Position numbers and translations under genes: made by a program. This document shows, in pieces, positions 47,457 to 60,756 of a stretch of 64,000 nucleotides of DNA (its first letter is position 1; the number at the start of each line of letters is the position of its first letter). Origin of the DNA: Schmidtea polychroa. Its lineage: Eukaryota. The stretch is taken from contig CM097885.1 of assembly GCA_044892525.1 (NCBI GenBank), positions 18,478,001 to 18,542,000 of the forward strand. The letters run 5' to 3'. A model generated the notes under the pieces. It saw only the letters and a list, made by a program, of their open reading frames with translations. It ran no database searches and had not been told where the DNA came from.

Positions 47457-50400
47457 TGAAAGAAAATTAATTTTCTTAATACTCAATATCTTAGCCTAAC
47501 AGATTGAATATGAGCATCAAATTTTTTAAATAACTTTAAAATTACCCGAACTTCATCTAGATCGATATAGATAATGATTTCATTGATAATTCTAATTATT
47601 ATTAAAAATTTATTTTCAATTAAATACGATCTAAAATGGCCGCCGATAAGATATATTAAAATAATATCAATGCACTGAAACAAAAAAAATTTCTTGTAAA
47701 CATTTTATAATTAATTATTTAAAGAAATAAAATATTTTATTTATTTATGTTAAGAATTATTATAGTTAATTCATTTTTGTGTGATTCCGTTTTTTGAAAT
47801 CATGACTTTTTAACAGTTTGCTCACATGGATATCAGCTTAATGTTACAATGAATAAAATCTTTTAATAAATACAGTTATGATGTCTTCAACTTCTAAATT
47901 CATAAAATCAATAAATCAATAATAAATGCAATTAAAATATATTTTCCAAAAACACGCTAAATCGAATATTATTTAAACAAACAACTTTCCATAACTCTCC
48001 CCTTCTTTAACTGCCCATCTCTTAAGCCATTTAATTCGTCTGAGTTTCTTTGTCGTCCCGTCACTCAATTCCACTGGCGTTCTGACAAAAACTTTGATAT
48101 GACAAAAGGACCTTCATACTGTAGTCCATCTTTGTCGCGATTTTGTGGTTCTTTCCGAACTAATACTTTCTCCCCCATCGTGAAACATCGATTCGTTCTC
48201 TTCTCTGTTTCCATCTCTTTCATTCGTTTAGCTGCTTTCTCACTGTTCTCTCTTACCAATCTATGTATCTCAACTGTATCCAATGTCGTCTGAGGCAATG
48301 TTGAATGAAGGTTAATCTTCCTCTCAAAAACAATTTCAAATGGAGAAAATCCCGTCGCGCTCTGTTGTGTTACGTTGATACAAAATTCTACTCGAGGAAG
48401 TAACTCCGCCCAATTTCGCTCTCCTAGTCCACCTGCTAATGATGTTGCCAGCAAGTCTCTGACTGTCCGTATTGTTCTCTCAACTAAACCGTTAGATTGA
48501 TGCTGATATGGTGAACTGAACTGTTGCGTAATACCCAGTCTTCCTAGATTCGTTTTCATAAAACCACTATCGAAGTTCTTCCCTCTGTCTGACAGACAAT
48601 TTCGCGGTTTTCCGAAACGGTATATCCACTTCTCCAATATGGCTTTGAAAATCGATTTCTCGTCTTGTCTCTCCAGTGCGGTCAGACTGACCATTTTGCT
48701 AAAACGATCAATGATAACTAGCATATACTTGTACACTCCACCATTCTTCATGTGTGCTATATCAATGACCAACTGTTCTAAAAATTCTGAACTTATTATC
48801 GGCAACAATCGTTCCTTTGTCTTCTCCTGCACTATCTTCCTTCTGCAGCATATCTCACATACTCTCAAACAGTTTTGTATAGTTTTTTGCATGTTTGGCC
48901 AAAAAAGTATGTTGCTCATATAGCTAATTAATTTCTTTACTCCAATGTGACACATTTCAGTATGTATTCCTTTAACTAACGTATTTGAGTAGTCTATCGG
49001 CACCAGGATGACATCTTTACCATTCTTCTCTAATAATAAAAACCCATCTTCTAATTTTATGTTGTTATGCAAATTGAAAGAAAATTAATTTTCTTAATAC
49101 TCAATATCTTAGCCTAACAGATTGAATATGAGCATCAAATTTTTTAAATAACTTTAAAATTACCCGAACTTCATCTAGATCGATATAGATAATGATTTCA
49201 TTGATAATTCTAATTATTATTAAAAATTTATTTTCAATTAAATACGATCTAAAATGGCCGCCGATAAGATATATTAAAATAATATCAATGCACTGAAACA
49301 AAAAAAATTTCTTGTAAACATTTTATAATTAATTATTTAAAGAAATAAAATATTTTATTTATTTATGTTAAGAATTATTATAGTTAATTCATTTTTGTGT
49401 GATTCCGTTTTTTGAAATCATGACTTTTTAACAGTTTGCTCACATGGATATCAGCTTAATGTTACAATGAATAAAATCTTTTAATAAATACAGTTATGAT
49501 GTCTTCAACTTCTAAATTCATAAAATCAATAAATCAATAATAAATGCAATTAAAATATATTTTCCAAAAACACGCTAAATCGAATATTATTTAAACAAAC
49601 AACTTTCCATAACTCTCCCCTTCTTTAACTGCCCATCTCTTAAGCCATTTAATTCGTCTGAGTTTCTTTGTCGTCCCGTCACTCAATTCCACTGGCGTTC
49701 TGACAAAAACTTTGATATGACAAAAGGACCTTCATACTGTAGTCCATCTTTGTCGCGATTTTGTGGTTCTTTCCGAACTAATACTTTCTCCCCCATCGTG
49801 AAACATCGATTCGTTCTCTTCTCTGTTTCCATCTCTTTCATTCGTTTAGCTGCTTTCTCACTGTTCTCTCTTACCAATCTATGTATCTCAACTGTATCCA
49901 ATGTCGTCTGAGGCAATGTTGAATGAAGGTTAATCTTCCTCTCAAAAACAATTTCAAATGGAGAAAATCCCGTCGCGCTCTGTTGTGTTACGTTGATACA
50001 AAATTCTACTCGAGGAAGTAACTCCGCCCAATTTCGCTCTCCTAGTCCACCTGCTAATGATGTTGCCAGCAAGTCTCTGACTGTCCGTATTGTTCTCTCA
50101 ACTAAACCGTTAGATTGATGCTGATATGGTGAACTGAACTGTTGCGTAATACCCAGTCTTCCTAGATTCGTTTTCATAAAACCACTATCGAAGTTCTTCC
50201 CTCTGTCTGACAGACAATTTCGCGGTTTTCCGAAACGGTATATCCACTTCTCCAATATGGCTTTGAAAATCGATTTCTCGTCTTGTCTCTCCAGTGCGGT
50301 CAGACTGACCATTTTGCTAAAACGATCAATGATAACTAGCATATACTTGTACACTCCACCATTCTTCATGTGTGCTATATCAATGACCAACTGTTCTAAA

Positions 50401-50692
50401 AATTCTGAACTTATTATCGGCAACAATCGTTCCTTTGTCTTCTCCTGCACTATCTTCCTTCTGCAGCATATCTCACATACTCTCAAACAGTTTTGTATAG
50501 TTTTTTGCATGTTTGGCCAAAAAAGTATGTTGCTCATATAGCTAATTAATTTCTTTACTCCAATGTGACACATTTCAGTATGTATTCCTTTAACTAACGT
50601 ATTTGAGTAGTCTATCGGCACCAGGATGACATCTTTACCATTCTTCTCTAATAATAAAAACCCATCTTCTAATTTTATGTTGTTATGCAAAT
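47457..50692. repeat. 1618-bp tandem duplication (47457-49074 / 49075-50692) of flank + LTR + integrase
   Basis: Identical ORFs offset by 1618; TGAAAG at all three junctions. Confidence 0.9.
48065..49072 (-). pseudogene. Duplicated Gypsy integrase fragment
   Basis: Same translation as 49683-50690. Confidence 0.9.
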
Positions 50693-52700
50693 TGAAAGGA
50701 AATTTCTTTTTATTCAAGTGATCTTTTTTTCTCTTTTCCCTGTAACACTCTTGTCATGTGAATGAAATCTACATCATCTTGTTGCTTTTCTAAGAGATTT
50801 GGCATCGACTCAGTCTTCTGTAATGAGCTGATATGTCTTACTCTGGCTTTTTCTTCTTTTGCGTCTTCATGTCTAGTCTGGCATTGTGCACATAACATCC
50901 CTTTAATCCTTGATATTCCGTCCGCATTTCCATGTTCCTCTCCTTTCCTATATTGAAGATCGAAATCATATCCGAAAAGGTTGGCTAGCCAGGTTTGGAA
51001 TTGCGGGCTTATCGGTTTTTTTGTGTATCTCATGAAAACCAACGCCTTGTGATCCGTTCGTACTACAAATGACTTTCCGTATAAATATTGTTTAAAATAC
51101 ATTACATATTCGTGTATAGCAAGTAACTCCTTCCTAGTCACACAATAACCTTTTTCATGCGCGGTCAAGTGTCTTGACCCATATGCAATTACCACTTCAG
51201 TACCATCTTCTTTAGCTTGACACAAAACTGCTCCGATGGCCCCAAAACTAGCGTCTGTATCCAGAATAAAGTTTCTATCCATTCTTGGGTAATCTAGAAT
51301 TGGAGCTTCACACAACTTTGTTTTAAGTAATTCAAAACTATTGTTGCAATCTTCTGACCAATTAATCTTTTTCTCACAGTCGGACGTAGCTGCATGTAGA
51401 GGTTCCGCAATTTTCGCATAGTCTTTTATAAACTTCCTATAGTAATTGGTCATACCTAAAAAGGATCTTAATTATTTGGCGCATACTGGTATTTCTGCAT
51501 CTTGAATCTCTTTAATCTTCTTGTCGTTCGTTTTTATCCCACTTGCACTTACAGTGTGCCCTAGGAATGTCAATTCTTCTTTATACAGATTACATTTTTC
51601 TGGGTTAATTCTCAACCCCGCTAGTTGAATTCTTCTGAATACTTCCTCTAATCGGTTATTGTGTTCCTCTTTGTCTTTTCCATAGACAAGAATGTCATCG
51701 AGGTAGACAACAACACCCTTAAATAATATTCCATCCAACATTGAGTGCATCATTCTTTGAAACGTCGCAGGGGCGGTTGCTAGTCCAAAAGGAAGTCGGT
51801 TAAAACAAAACTGTCCTTGCCTTGTACTGAAAGCCGTGACCTCTTGAATTTCCTTCGCCATTCCAACTTGATAATATGCTTGACCTAGATCGATGGATGT
51901 GAAATATTTTGAATCTGCCAGACAATCCAGTAGAAATCGTGTATCTGGCATTGGAAAAGATATCTTTTCAGTGATCGCATTCAACCCTCTATAGTCGACA
52001 CACATCCTTATTGATCCATCTTTCTTAGCCACAATCATTAGTGGCGCGTTCCATGCACTTTTGCATTTCCTAAAACCTCTCGCTTCTAATAAGTTTGTGA
52101 CAAGTTCGTCAAGCTTTTGTTCTAAATGCATTGGTTGTCTTCTTGGTTGTAACATTACAGGCCCACCTACTATATTCATTTCATGTTGAACAACTTCCGT
52201 AAACCCGAGATCAAAAGTTGAAGCCATAAAAATACCTTTGAACTTCCGTAGCAATATGTCTAACTGTTCATTCTTCCTGTCTCCAAGCATTAATAATGCT
52301 TTCTCTTCTCGTTGTGAGTCCACATATGTCCTCCCAACTTGTGACGCTTCAATATTGTGTACCTCTACCAGTCGAATACCAAATCTCTCCATTGTATCTA
52401 CACCCCCAATGAAATCTGGACGTATATCTTTGACAACTATAACATTAATAATTCATTTTTTCCCATTCCAATCAGCTTCTATCGTCATTGCTCCTAACGG
52501 TCTTTCCATTCCCGTCGAAAATATTCCACAAAGAGAAATTGTGCTCTGCTTCAACCTCGGTTTCCCGATCTTTGTCCAACTTTTTCACTCATAACTGATA
52601 CTGACGCTCCAGAGTCCCAAAGCATGTCAATCGCCGTCATGTTTATTACAATCTTACTCCACTTTCTTCTGTCTGTCGTCTCATACATCTTCTGCATCAT
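49683..52700 (-). pseudogene. Gypsy 1 pol (PR-RT-RH-IN), with stops and frameshifts
   Basis: LWDSGAS, RMCVDYR, YLDD, LDTDAS, TDHKAL, SDRG, SNGLVER. Confidence 0.9.
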
Positions 52701-52726
52701 GTCTTCATTTCGCTTCTTTCTACTGA

Positions 52727-53974
52727 TTATTGTGTCGACCCCACTGACGAAATGAAAGCAATGGCATCGTCCTTGTTTTTTGGTTTATCCATTGATTTTT
52801 TTATCGTTTCTTCGTAATTACTGTATAAATCTTCTGTGAAATCACCATTATTTCTTTCGTGATCTTCTTCGTAAATACATGCCACTCTCTTCTGATATCC
52901 ATTTCTATTTTTAAGCAAAAAACAATCTCTGAATCCATGACCTTCTTTTCCACAGATTAGACATTTGTCTTTCATAGGACATTCAAAACGCCGGTGCCCT
53001 TTTTCTCCACAACAAAAACACTGACCTGGTGTCAGTTTCACTGGCTGAGGCGAATCTCTTCCTTTACTGTCATTAAATAACCTTCTTGCAATATCTTTAA
53101 GCGATACTGTAGGTATTCTTCTCTCTGATTCTCCTGTCTCGTATCGTCCTCTATACCGCTCATTTTCATTCTTGTCTTCATTTACAATTGGTACAAACCG
53201 ACCATTACCAGGTCTATTCCTCTCATGATTAATCTCTCGGTGTTCGTCGCGTTGATGTGCAGTTGTCTTCACAATTGTTCTTTGGTCTCGTCTACCCTCG
53301 AATTTACCATTTTTCATCACTGATGCGTAAGAGTCTCTTCTTATGGCATCAATATTGAATTTGTTGTCATTCGTCATCTCGATCTTCTCCTGAATTTTTG
53401 CCATATCCCTGGCATCTTCAAAACTTGTCACTTTCCCTGATAAGAATATTTCTTTTACTCTATCGTCTTTCGCTCTGTTTGAAATAATGTCTCGAACAAT
53501 CTGTTCATCAGACATTCCAGAGCTAAATACACTTTTAACTAAACTTCTTACTCGTATTTCGAAGACTTGGAATCTTTCATCTCTCTCTTGCTGGATTTGA
53601 GCTAGTTCCACAATCTTGTTTGTAATGGTTTTCCTTACTGTAAAAGTTTCTATAAACCACTCTTTTGCCATTTCATCGGTCATCTTCGCTATTTTCGCCG
53701 CTTCCCATAACATCGATGCCGCATCTGTCAACAAAAGATCCAATGCGTCTACTAGACTTTGATTTTCTATTCTCAGCCATTCCATAATATCCTTTAGCCA
53801 AAGTTCGGCTTCAGATCCAACTTTTTCGTCAAACTTTCTTACATTAAAATTTAGCATCTCACGTACTTGTTTTGACAAGGAATCTAACATATTCTTAGTT
53901 CCTTTCTTTTTCCCTATCGCATTGATTTCCTTGGCGTGGTCGCCAGTTATGATGTCTTCAACTTCTAAATTCAT
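52727..53974 (-). CDS. Gypsy 1 gag
   Basis: 415 aa, two CCHC knuckles (CFCCGEKGHRRFEC, CLICGKEGHGFRDC). Confidence 0.9.
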   Translation of the reverse strand: MNLEVEDIITGDHAKEINAIGKKKGTKNMLDSLSKQVREMLNFNVRKFDEKVGSEAELWLKDIMEWLRIENQSLVDALDLLLTDAASMLWEAAKIAKMTDEMAKEWFIETFTVRKTITNKIVELAQIQQERDERFQVFEIRVRSLVKSVFSSGMSDEQIVRDIISNRAKDDRVKEIFLSGKVTSFEDARDMAKIQEKIEMTNDNKFNIDAIRRDSYASVMKNGKFEGRRDQRTIVKTTAHQRDEHREINHERNRPGNGRFVPIVNEDKNENERYRGRYETGESERRIPTVSLKDIARRLFNDSKGRDSPQPVKLTPGQCFCCGEKGHRRFECPMKDKCLICGKEGHGFRDCFLLKNRNGYQKRVACIYEEDHERNNGDFTEDLYSNYEETIKKSMDKPKNKDDAIAFISSVGSTQ

Positions 53975-54129
53975 AAAATCAATAAATCAATAATAAATGC
54001 AATTAAAATATATTTTCCAAAAACACGCTAAATCGAATATTATTTAAACAAACAACTTTCCATAACTAATACAATGTCAATTGAAAAAAAATGAGACCTG
54101 AAAATCGACAAAATTTCTTATAATTTTGT

Positions 54130-54660
54130 TGGGTTTTCAATTAATTTAAGTCGGTTCCCTCTGACTCCTCGTGTCCTTTAAATCAAAACAATAACGACCC
54201 AACGTATATTGAAATAACAAAATTCACAATCCTTTATCACCACCTTACAATGAATAATCAAAGTTGCGTTTGACCGATTCTCCGCTCGGCGTTGATGCTT
54301 TGTAAATAGATAATATTCACCTTTTATTTCTTTAGATTCTCTTGACCAACGTTTTCCTCTTTTTCTGTTTGATTTGATTATTTTTCACCTTTCCGTATTC
54401 CTATTCGATGTCTTCTTTTCCCTAATCTCCTTAATTCGTTTTACCTATTCTTAACTCGGTTTCTTCTAACCCTAGCTGAGGCAAAATGCCGATTTTCTCT
54501 GATTTTCCCCTTCCTTATATACTCCTCGAAATCGGGATGACAAATGGTTATTGCCGAGCCAATCTTTCACTTGACATTTGCTTCCACGTATCTGCTTCGG
54601 TTGTCACCCGCAATGGTCCGACAAACAAAGATAATTAATAGCCCTTCCGGCCTTTCTACA
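54130..54660 (-). pseudogene. Possible decayed non-LTR retrotransposon RT region (continues at 61804-62240; target of Gypsy 2)
   Basis: Purine-rich minus strand, weak motifs (TRVNGE, VKDWLGNNHL, ILSIYKA), many stops. Confidence 0.3.
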
Positions 54661-55486
54661 CGCACTGTTAAGTGATAATGTTATTTTTATTGTTATTTAA
54701 TGCAATCAGGAAAATTGATGAGCCCGAAAGAGTCACCGATAAAAAATAAACGTGTCGGGACAATCGGGGTGCAGGCTGTGTTTTGTTTTGACGCGAAAAA
54801 TACAATAAAAAAGAAAATCAAATTAATATACAACAATTATTATAACACTTTAAAATTTTATTAACTAAAAACCAATATAAGGTTACTTCTGACTATATAG
54901 CTTTTCTTCAGTGATTAATCTTTGAGTAAACTTTTTAAGTTCGAATAATAATGGAATATGAAAAAGTAAGTGTATGGTTCGAGATTATACGAGTATTTGA
55001 TCTAATCCTTTGAGTAGTCGTTGGGAGAGCTTCCGAATTATAACTGTTGGATCTTGAAATTTCCCAATTTACAGTTTCTTGTTTTGATAATTTTTTTAAT
55101 TTGTAGTTATCGATTTTTTTATTTCATTCAATTTTTTCCTATAGTGATAATTTACTATGGTAAATTATCACTATATAGTTTATTTTTTTACAAACATAAA
55201 ATAAAAACCTTCGCCACGTACGACGTGAAGAATTGTAATTTACATTTATAACATACGGTTAACAAAACCAAGAAAAATAAATAATTGCAATACATTACAG
55301 AACTTCCCCCTTTAAAACCGGAGGTTAACATTTAAACGGCTTTACATATTTACAGAGATAAGATAAAACAGCAAAAAAAAATATGTTCTTGTGTTTTGTG
55401 ATGATTTAGGTGAGTTTATGTTTTGTGTTTTACAACTAGCACTTTATAAAAATTGTACAACAAAATCTTGTGAGTGCATGTGTTGT

Positions 55487-58400
55487 TTATTTGAGGCAAT
55501 CGCTATAACGCTTTTTGTATTCTGGTGTGATTGTTGTGTTGTTGTCAAAAATTTTTGTTGAGTCTTTTTCGCTGAATCTGATGTGTTTCTGGTTTGTCTG
55601 TATTTCTGTTCGTTCTTGTGTTTTGTACTTTGGGTGGTTGTTTTGAGGGTTTTGGTTGTGGTGATTGTTAAGAGTTGGTGTTTTGTTTTCGTGATATGGT
55701 TTTAATCGGCGTATGTTTATTTTGATTTGTTTATTGTCTTTTAAAATTGTGCCAACGTTTTTATACATATTTAACAGTTTGTATGGGCCTTCGTACTTTG
55801 TTTCAAATCCGCTAGTGAAGGGTTTCTTTACTAAAACCATGTCTATTATTAGTTCTGTTTGGTTTTGGGTTTTATTATTATTTTTGTTTTTTAGAATACT
55901 TTTTAGTATGGGTATTTGTGATTCTTTAGCGGTTGTTTTTATCTTGTTTTCGTTTTCGTCCTTTAAGTTTGGTAGGTTTGTATAGTGTCCAAAAACTGAT
56001 TGGCTAGGGCTTTTGTTGTTTAGGCTTGAAGGGTTGTTTCGTAATCCTATTAGTATTTCTGGTAATTTTTCTAACCAGTTGTTGTTATTATTTGTTTTTG
56101 TTCTGATTGCTTGTTTTAAAGATCGGTGTAATCTCTCGACTTTTCCGTTTGATTGTGGATTGTATGATGTTGTTCTGGTTTTGTTGATGTTATATTTGTT
56201 ACAAAGTCCTTTGAAAATGTCGGATTCAAATTGCCTACCCTGATCGCTGATTATTGTCTTTGGGCAGCCATACCGGGCGAACCAGTTTAATTCTAATTTA
56301 CTGCATATTTTTGCTGCTGATATTTCCTTTATGGGAATGGCTTCGAACCAATTTGTTTTTCGGTCTATTATAGTTAATAAGTACTTGTGTTTATTATTTG
56401 GAGGTAGAGGGCCGACTATGTCGATATGTATCATTTCGAACGGTTCAGAACTTGGGAATTCTACAATTGTTGTTTTGAATTGTTTTGTTGTTATTTTATT
56501 CTTTTGACATTGTGGGCAATTTTTTACGAACGTTTTAACGTCCCTTCTCATAAAAGGCCAAATAACTTTGGTATGCAGAAGTTCGTATGTGGCTTTGTTT
56601 CCCGGATGGTAGATGTTGTGATATTTTTGGAGGTATTGATCGCGCAGTTCTGCTGGTACTACGATCCTTTTGTTAGTGTCATTTGAAGTGTCGTACCATA
56701 TGCCGTCTATTTCTTCCAGGTGGAGTGAATTCATCCTTGGAGTTTCGATTGTTGTTTCTTTTTGTTTAGTTTTTAACTTTTCTAACTCTATGATGGGTGT
56801 TATATTAAGTGCATTTATGTCAGTTTCTATTCTTGATAATGCATCTGCACTTATGTTAGCTGAACCTGCTATGTATTTTATTTTGCAATTAAATTGTGAG
56901 ATATAGTTTAATTGTCTTATTTGTCTCGGTGAAGGGTTTTTCATGTTCATTGCGTTTATTAAGGGTTTATGGTCGGTATACACTTCGAAATCTTTTCCTT
57001 CCAATAGGTATTGGAAATGTCTGATTGTATCATGTAACGCTAATAACTCCCTGTCAAAAGTAGAGTATCTCATTTGGTGGGTTTTGAGTTTCTTTGAGAA
57101 GAAAGCTATTGGTCTTTTTTCGTTGTTTTCTTCTTGGAATATCGTTCCGCCCATTGCTACTCCCGAGCAATCTGTGTTGACTATGTATGGTAATTCTTGG
57201 TTGGGATAGTTTAGGATGCTTGCATTTTTCAGATTTTCTTTTGCCTGTTCGAACGCTGTTATTAGTTTTTCGTTCCAATTTATTTTGATGTTTCTCTTTA
57301 TTTTGTTCAGTTCATTGAGAGGGGCTAGCATTTCACTACATCTTGGTATGTATTTGTGATAGAAATTGATCATGCCAAGGAAACGTCTTAGCTCTTTTGT
57401 AGTTTTGGGTAGAGGGTAATTTTTGATCGCTTTGATTTTGTCGTCTAAAGGTCTTGTTCCATTTTCGTTTAACATGTGTCCCAGGAATTTTATTTCTGTT
57501 TTCAAAAATTCACATTTTCTTATGTTAATATTTAGCTCATGTTTGCTTAATATATCGAACACATTTTTAATATTTTGTATATGTTCTGTTTTGTTTGCTG
57601 ATGTTATCAGGATGTCGTCAAGGTATGCGACTGTGTTCTGTTGATTTCGTAATATTTGGTCCATGAAGCGTTGGAAAGTGGCTGCAGCATTTTTTAATCC
57701 GAAAGGCATTTTGTTATACTCGAACAGTCCTATGGGTGTGATGATTGCTGTTTTCTTTATGTCTTCAGTTCTGACAGGAATTTGATGATAGGCTTTTTCT
57801 AAATCTATTTTGCTGAAAATTTTAGGTTTGTTAAATCTGTTGATGATATCGTTTATTATTGGGATTGGGTATTTGTCTGCTGTTGTGATATTGTTTAATG
57901 CTCTGTAGTCTCCACAGGCTCGCCATTCGCCGTTTGCCTTTTCTTTAAGCATGAGGGCTGATGACCAGTTTGAGTTTGAGTGTTTGACGATTTGGTTTTC
58001 TAGTAGTTCGTCGAATATTTTCTTAGTTATTTCGAGTTTATTTTTGTCTAACTGTCTGACTTTTGCATGGACTGGGTTTCCATTGCTAATTATTATGTGT
58101 TCGGTTATGCATTTTGTGTTGTTGTTTGTCTTTAATTTATTAGTTATATTTGCTGCATTTCGTATCAGTTTTGCGATTTCGTTAGGTATGTGCCAGTTTG
58201 TTTCTGTTTTATTTGTTTTTGCTTCACCTATTTGGGCTGTTATTACTCCGATGTCACAATTGATTTGTTTTTTAGACTGTTTATTTTTGTGGTGTATGTT
58301 ATTTGAATTGTTTGGTATGACTTTTCCATTCTTACAGTCGACTAGTAGATTGAAGTATGAAAGGAAATCTGCTCCTAAAATAGCTTGTTTGACTTCAGCG

Positions 58401-58690
58401 ATAGTGAATTGCCAATTGTATTGTGTGTTGTTGATGGTGATGTTAATGTTTTGCTTTCCGAACGTTTTAATTGGGCTGCCGTTTGCTGCGCACAAATTTG
58501 CGGTTTCGGTTTTTGTGTTTTTGTATAGGTAATTCGGTAATAATGAAATTATTGAACCTGAATCAACAAGAAATTTAAGGCCATTGCTATGCACCGTGAA
58601 AGTTTGGCAGTCACCAAATGTCGGTGCTATCATTGGTGACTTTATATGTTTCCCGACTCTTCTTTGTCGAAGGTGCAGGGTTTGTTGCAT
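55487..58690 (-). CDS. Gypsy 2 pol, open frame (PR-RT-RH-IN)
   Basis: LVDSGS, RACGDYR, YLDD, TDHKPL, HIDIVGP, SDQG, SNGKVER; overlaps the gag end at slippery GGGAAAC (58648-58654). Confidence 0.95.
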   Translation of the reverse strand: MQQTLHLRQRRVGKHIKSPMIAPTFGDCQTFTVHSNGLKFLVDSGSIISLLPNYLYKNTKTETANLCAANGSPIKTFGKQNINITINNTQYNWQFTIAEVKQAILGADFLSYFNLLVDCKNGKVIPNNSNNIHHKNKQSKKQINCDIGVITAQIGEAKTNKTETNWHIPNEIAKLIRNAANITNKLKTNNNTKCITEHIIISNGNPVHAKVRQLDKNKLEITKKIFDELLENQIVKHSNSNWSSALMLKEKANGEWRACGDYRALNNITTADKYPIPIINDIINRFNKPKIFSKIDLEKAYHQIPVRTEDIKKTAIITPIGLFEYNKMPFGLKNAAATFQRFMDQILRNQQNTVAYLDDILITSANKTEHIQNIKNVFDILSKHELNINIRKCEFLKTEIKFLGHMLNENGTRPLDDKIKAIKNYPLPKTTKELRRFLGMINFYHKYIPRCSEMLAPLNELNKIKRNIKINWNEKLITAFEQAKENLKNASILNYPNQELPYIVNTDCSGVAMGGTIFQEENNEKRPIAFFSKKLKTHQMRYSTFDRELLALHDTIRHFQYLLEGKDFEVYTDHKPLINAMNMKNPSPRQIRQLNYISQFNCKIKYIAGSANISADALSRIETDINALNITPIIELEKLKTKQKETTIETPRMNSLHLEEIDGIWYDTSNDTNKRIVVPAELRDQYLQKYHNIYHPGNKATYELLHTKVIWPFMRRDVKTFVKNCPQCQKNKITTKQFKTTIVEFPSSEPFEMIHIDIVGPLPPNNKHKYLLTIIDRKTNWFEAIPIKEISAAKICSKLELNWFARYGCPKTIISDQGRQFESDIFKGLCNKYNINKTRTTSYNPQSNGKVERLHRSLKQAIRTKTNNNNNWLEKLPEILIGLRNNPSSLNNKSPSQSVFGHYTNLPNLKDENENKIKTTAKESQIPILKSILKNKNNNKTQNQTELIIDMVLVKKPFTSGFETKYEGPYKLLNMYKNVGTILKDNKQIKINIRRLKPYHENKTPTLNNHHNQNPQNNHPKYKTQERTEIQTNQKHIRFSEKDSTKIFDNNTTITPEYKKRYSDCLK

Positions 58691-59735
58691 TTGTATGCTT
58701 TATTCCCAAATTTATTGTGGTAGTAACAATAGTTTTGGTTTGTGCATTTATTAGGGTTGTCCCATGTTTTGTTTCTGTCGAAGCTGTTGCGGCTGCCAGA
58801 TCGTGTATTTTGTCTGGGATAATTTTGTCTGTTTTCGTAATATTGCGTTCTCCTGGATTCTCTTCTTTGTAATTCGGTTATGTCTTTTCTTAGATTTTTG
58901 TTTTCAATAATTATTTCGTCGAATTTTGTTACCAGAGTTGACAAGAGTTTGTTGGTTTCTGTAGTTTCTGAGCTATTGTGTACAGGTTTGTTTTCGTTGC
59001 TCTTAAAAAATTTTTGTTTTGGTAAGTTCTACATATTGTCGGGTATATTTCGTCGTTGATTTTGTCTGCTATGTTTGCCAGAGTATCAAGGTCTGTACAG
59101 TTGCTGGCAGCTAGAATCCGTCGTATTTCAGGTGGCATTGCGCGCATGAAAAGGTCTTTGATGAACTCTTTTGACCCGGTGCTTGTTATTTTTGGTTGCA
59201 GGTATTCGAGTTTTGCCTTTAGGTTTCGCAGAAATTCAGACGGTTTGTCGTTACCCAATTGGATATCTTTCAAACAGGATTCGAGTAGTTCTCGCCTGTT
59301 TACTTTGTTCTGATTTATTAAAGTGTTGTATAGGTTTTCGAAAGGGTTGTCGTCCTTTGATATTTCCTCTATTCTATCGGCTATCTCGTTCAGGATGTTG
59401 CTGGGAAGGGCAGCAATTATGTGCGAACAAACTGTTCTTGATGATTTAATGCCTGATAGGTTTAATGTTAATTTGGCGAATTCTAGCTATTTTTGTGGTA
59501 TCCCGTTTTCGTCTGTGAAGAAATTTGGGATGTTTGCCTTGGGGTTTAGTATTGAGTTTACCGCGGATGAATTTTCAGGGTTGTAATAATAACTACTGCT
59601 TTCATGTGTTGGGTGTGTGTTTGCGTTGTTGGTGTTTGGGTTGTACTGGTGGTTAATGTTTTCTGGTGAGTGAGCATTTTCATAGTTGTTAGGTATCTGT
59701 GGAGTGTTTGTCGGGTTTTGCTGGTTTGAAGCCAT
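58642..59735 (-). pseudogene. Gypsy 2 gag, with a TAG at 59487-59489 and a frameshift near 58940
   Basis: LGNDKPSEFLR, LANIADKI, C-terminal CYYHNKFGNKAYKCNKPC. Confidence 0.85.
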
Positions 59736-60756
59736 TTATTTGTTTTGTTGCAGTTTTTTTTATTGTTTGCTGTGCAAAAAAAAGTGGTTTGTTTGAAGGA
59801 TATGGCCTACTGTGTTCGGCCAACCGTGTCACTAGCCTTTATAGTTCTATAATAACTATTCTGAAAGGTTTAGTGATTGAAAGAAAACGTCGAATGCGAG
59901 TGTCGTGTTGTGTTTGCTTTGCTTCTGACACCAATTGTTAAGTGATAATGTTATTTTTATTGTTATTTAATGCAATCAGGAAAATTGATGAGCCCGAAAG
60001 AGTCACCGATAAAAAATAAACGTGTCGGGACAATCGGGGTGCAGGCTGTGTTTTGTTTTGACGCGAAAAATACAATAAAAAAGAAAATCAAATTAATATA
60101 CAACAATTATTATAACACTTTAAAATTTTATTAACTAAAAACCAATATAAGGTTACTTCTGACTATATAGCTTTTCTTCAGTGATTAATCTTTGAGTAAA
60201 CCTTTTAAGTTCGAATAATAATGGAATATGAAAAAGTAAGTGTATGGTTCGAGATTATACGAGTATTTGATCTAATCCTTTGAGTAGTCGTTGGGAGAGC
60301 TTCCGAATTATAACTGTTGGATCTTGAAATTTCCCAATTTACAGTTTCTTGTTTTGATAATTTTTTTAATTTGTAGTTATCGATTTTTTTATTTCATTCA
60401 ATTTTTTCCTATAGTGATAATTTACTATGGTAAATTATCACTATATAGTTTATTTTTTTACAAACATAAAATAAAAACCTTCGCCACGTACGACGTGAAG
60501 AATTGTAATTTACATTTATAACATACGGTTAACAAAACCAAGAAAAATAAATAATTGCAATACATTACAGAACTTCCCCCTTTAAAACCGGAGGTTAACA
60601 TTTAAACGGCTTTACATATTTACAGAGATAAGATAAAACAGCAAAAAAAAATATGTTCTTGTGTTTTGTGATGATTTAGGTGAGTTTATGTTTTGTGTTT
60701 TACAACTAGCACTTTATAAAAATTGTACAACAAAATCTTGTGAGTGCATGTGTTGT

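Larger units (their letters stand above)
49492..54067 (-). mobile_element. Ty3/Gypsy LTR retrotransposon 1 (4.6 kb; 123-bp LTRs 49492-49614 and 53945-54067)
   Basis: LTR ends AGTTATG..CATAACT, TSD AATAC, PBS TGGCGACCACG overlapping the LTR by 1 nt, PPT AAGAAGGGGAG. Confidence 0.95.

Noticed and set aside
46560..47690. Possible host exons (splice-like sites, 66-aa ORF)
   Set aside because: No recognisable protein and no consistent gene model
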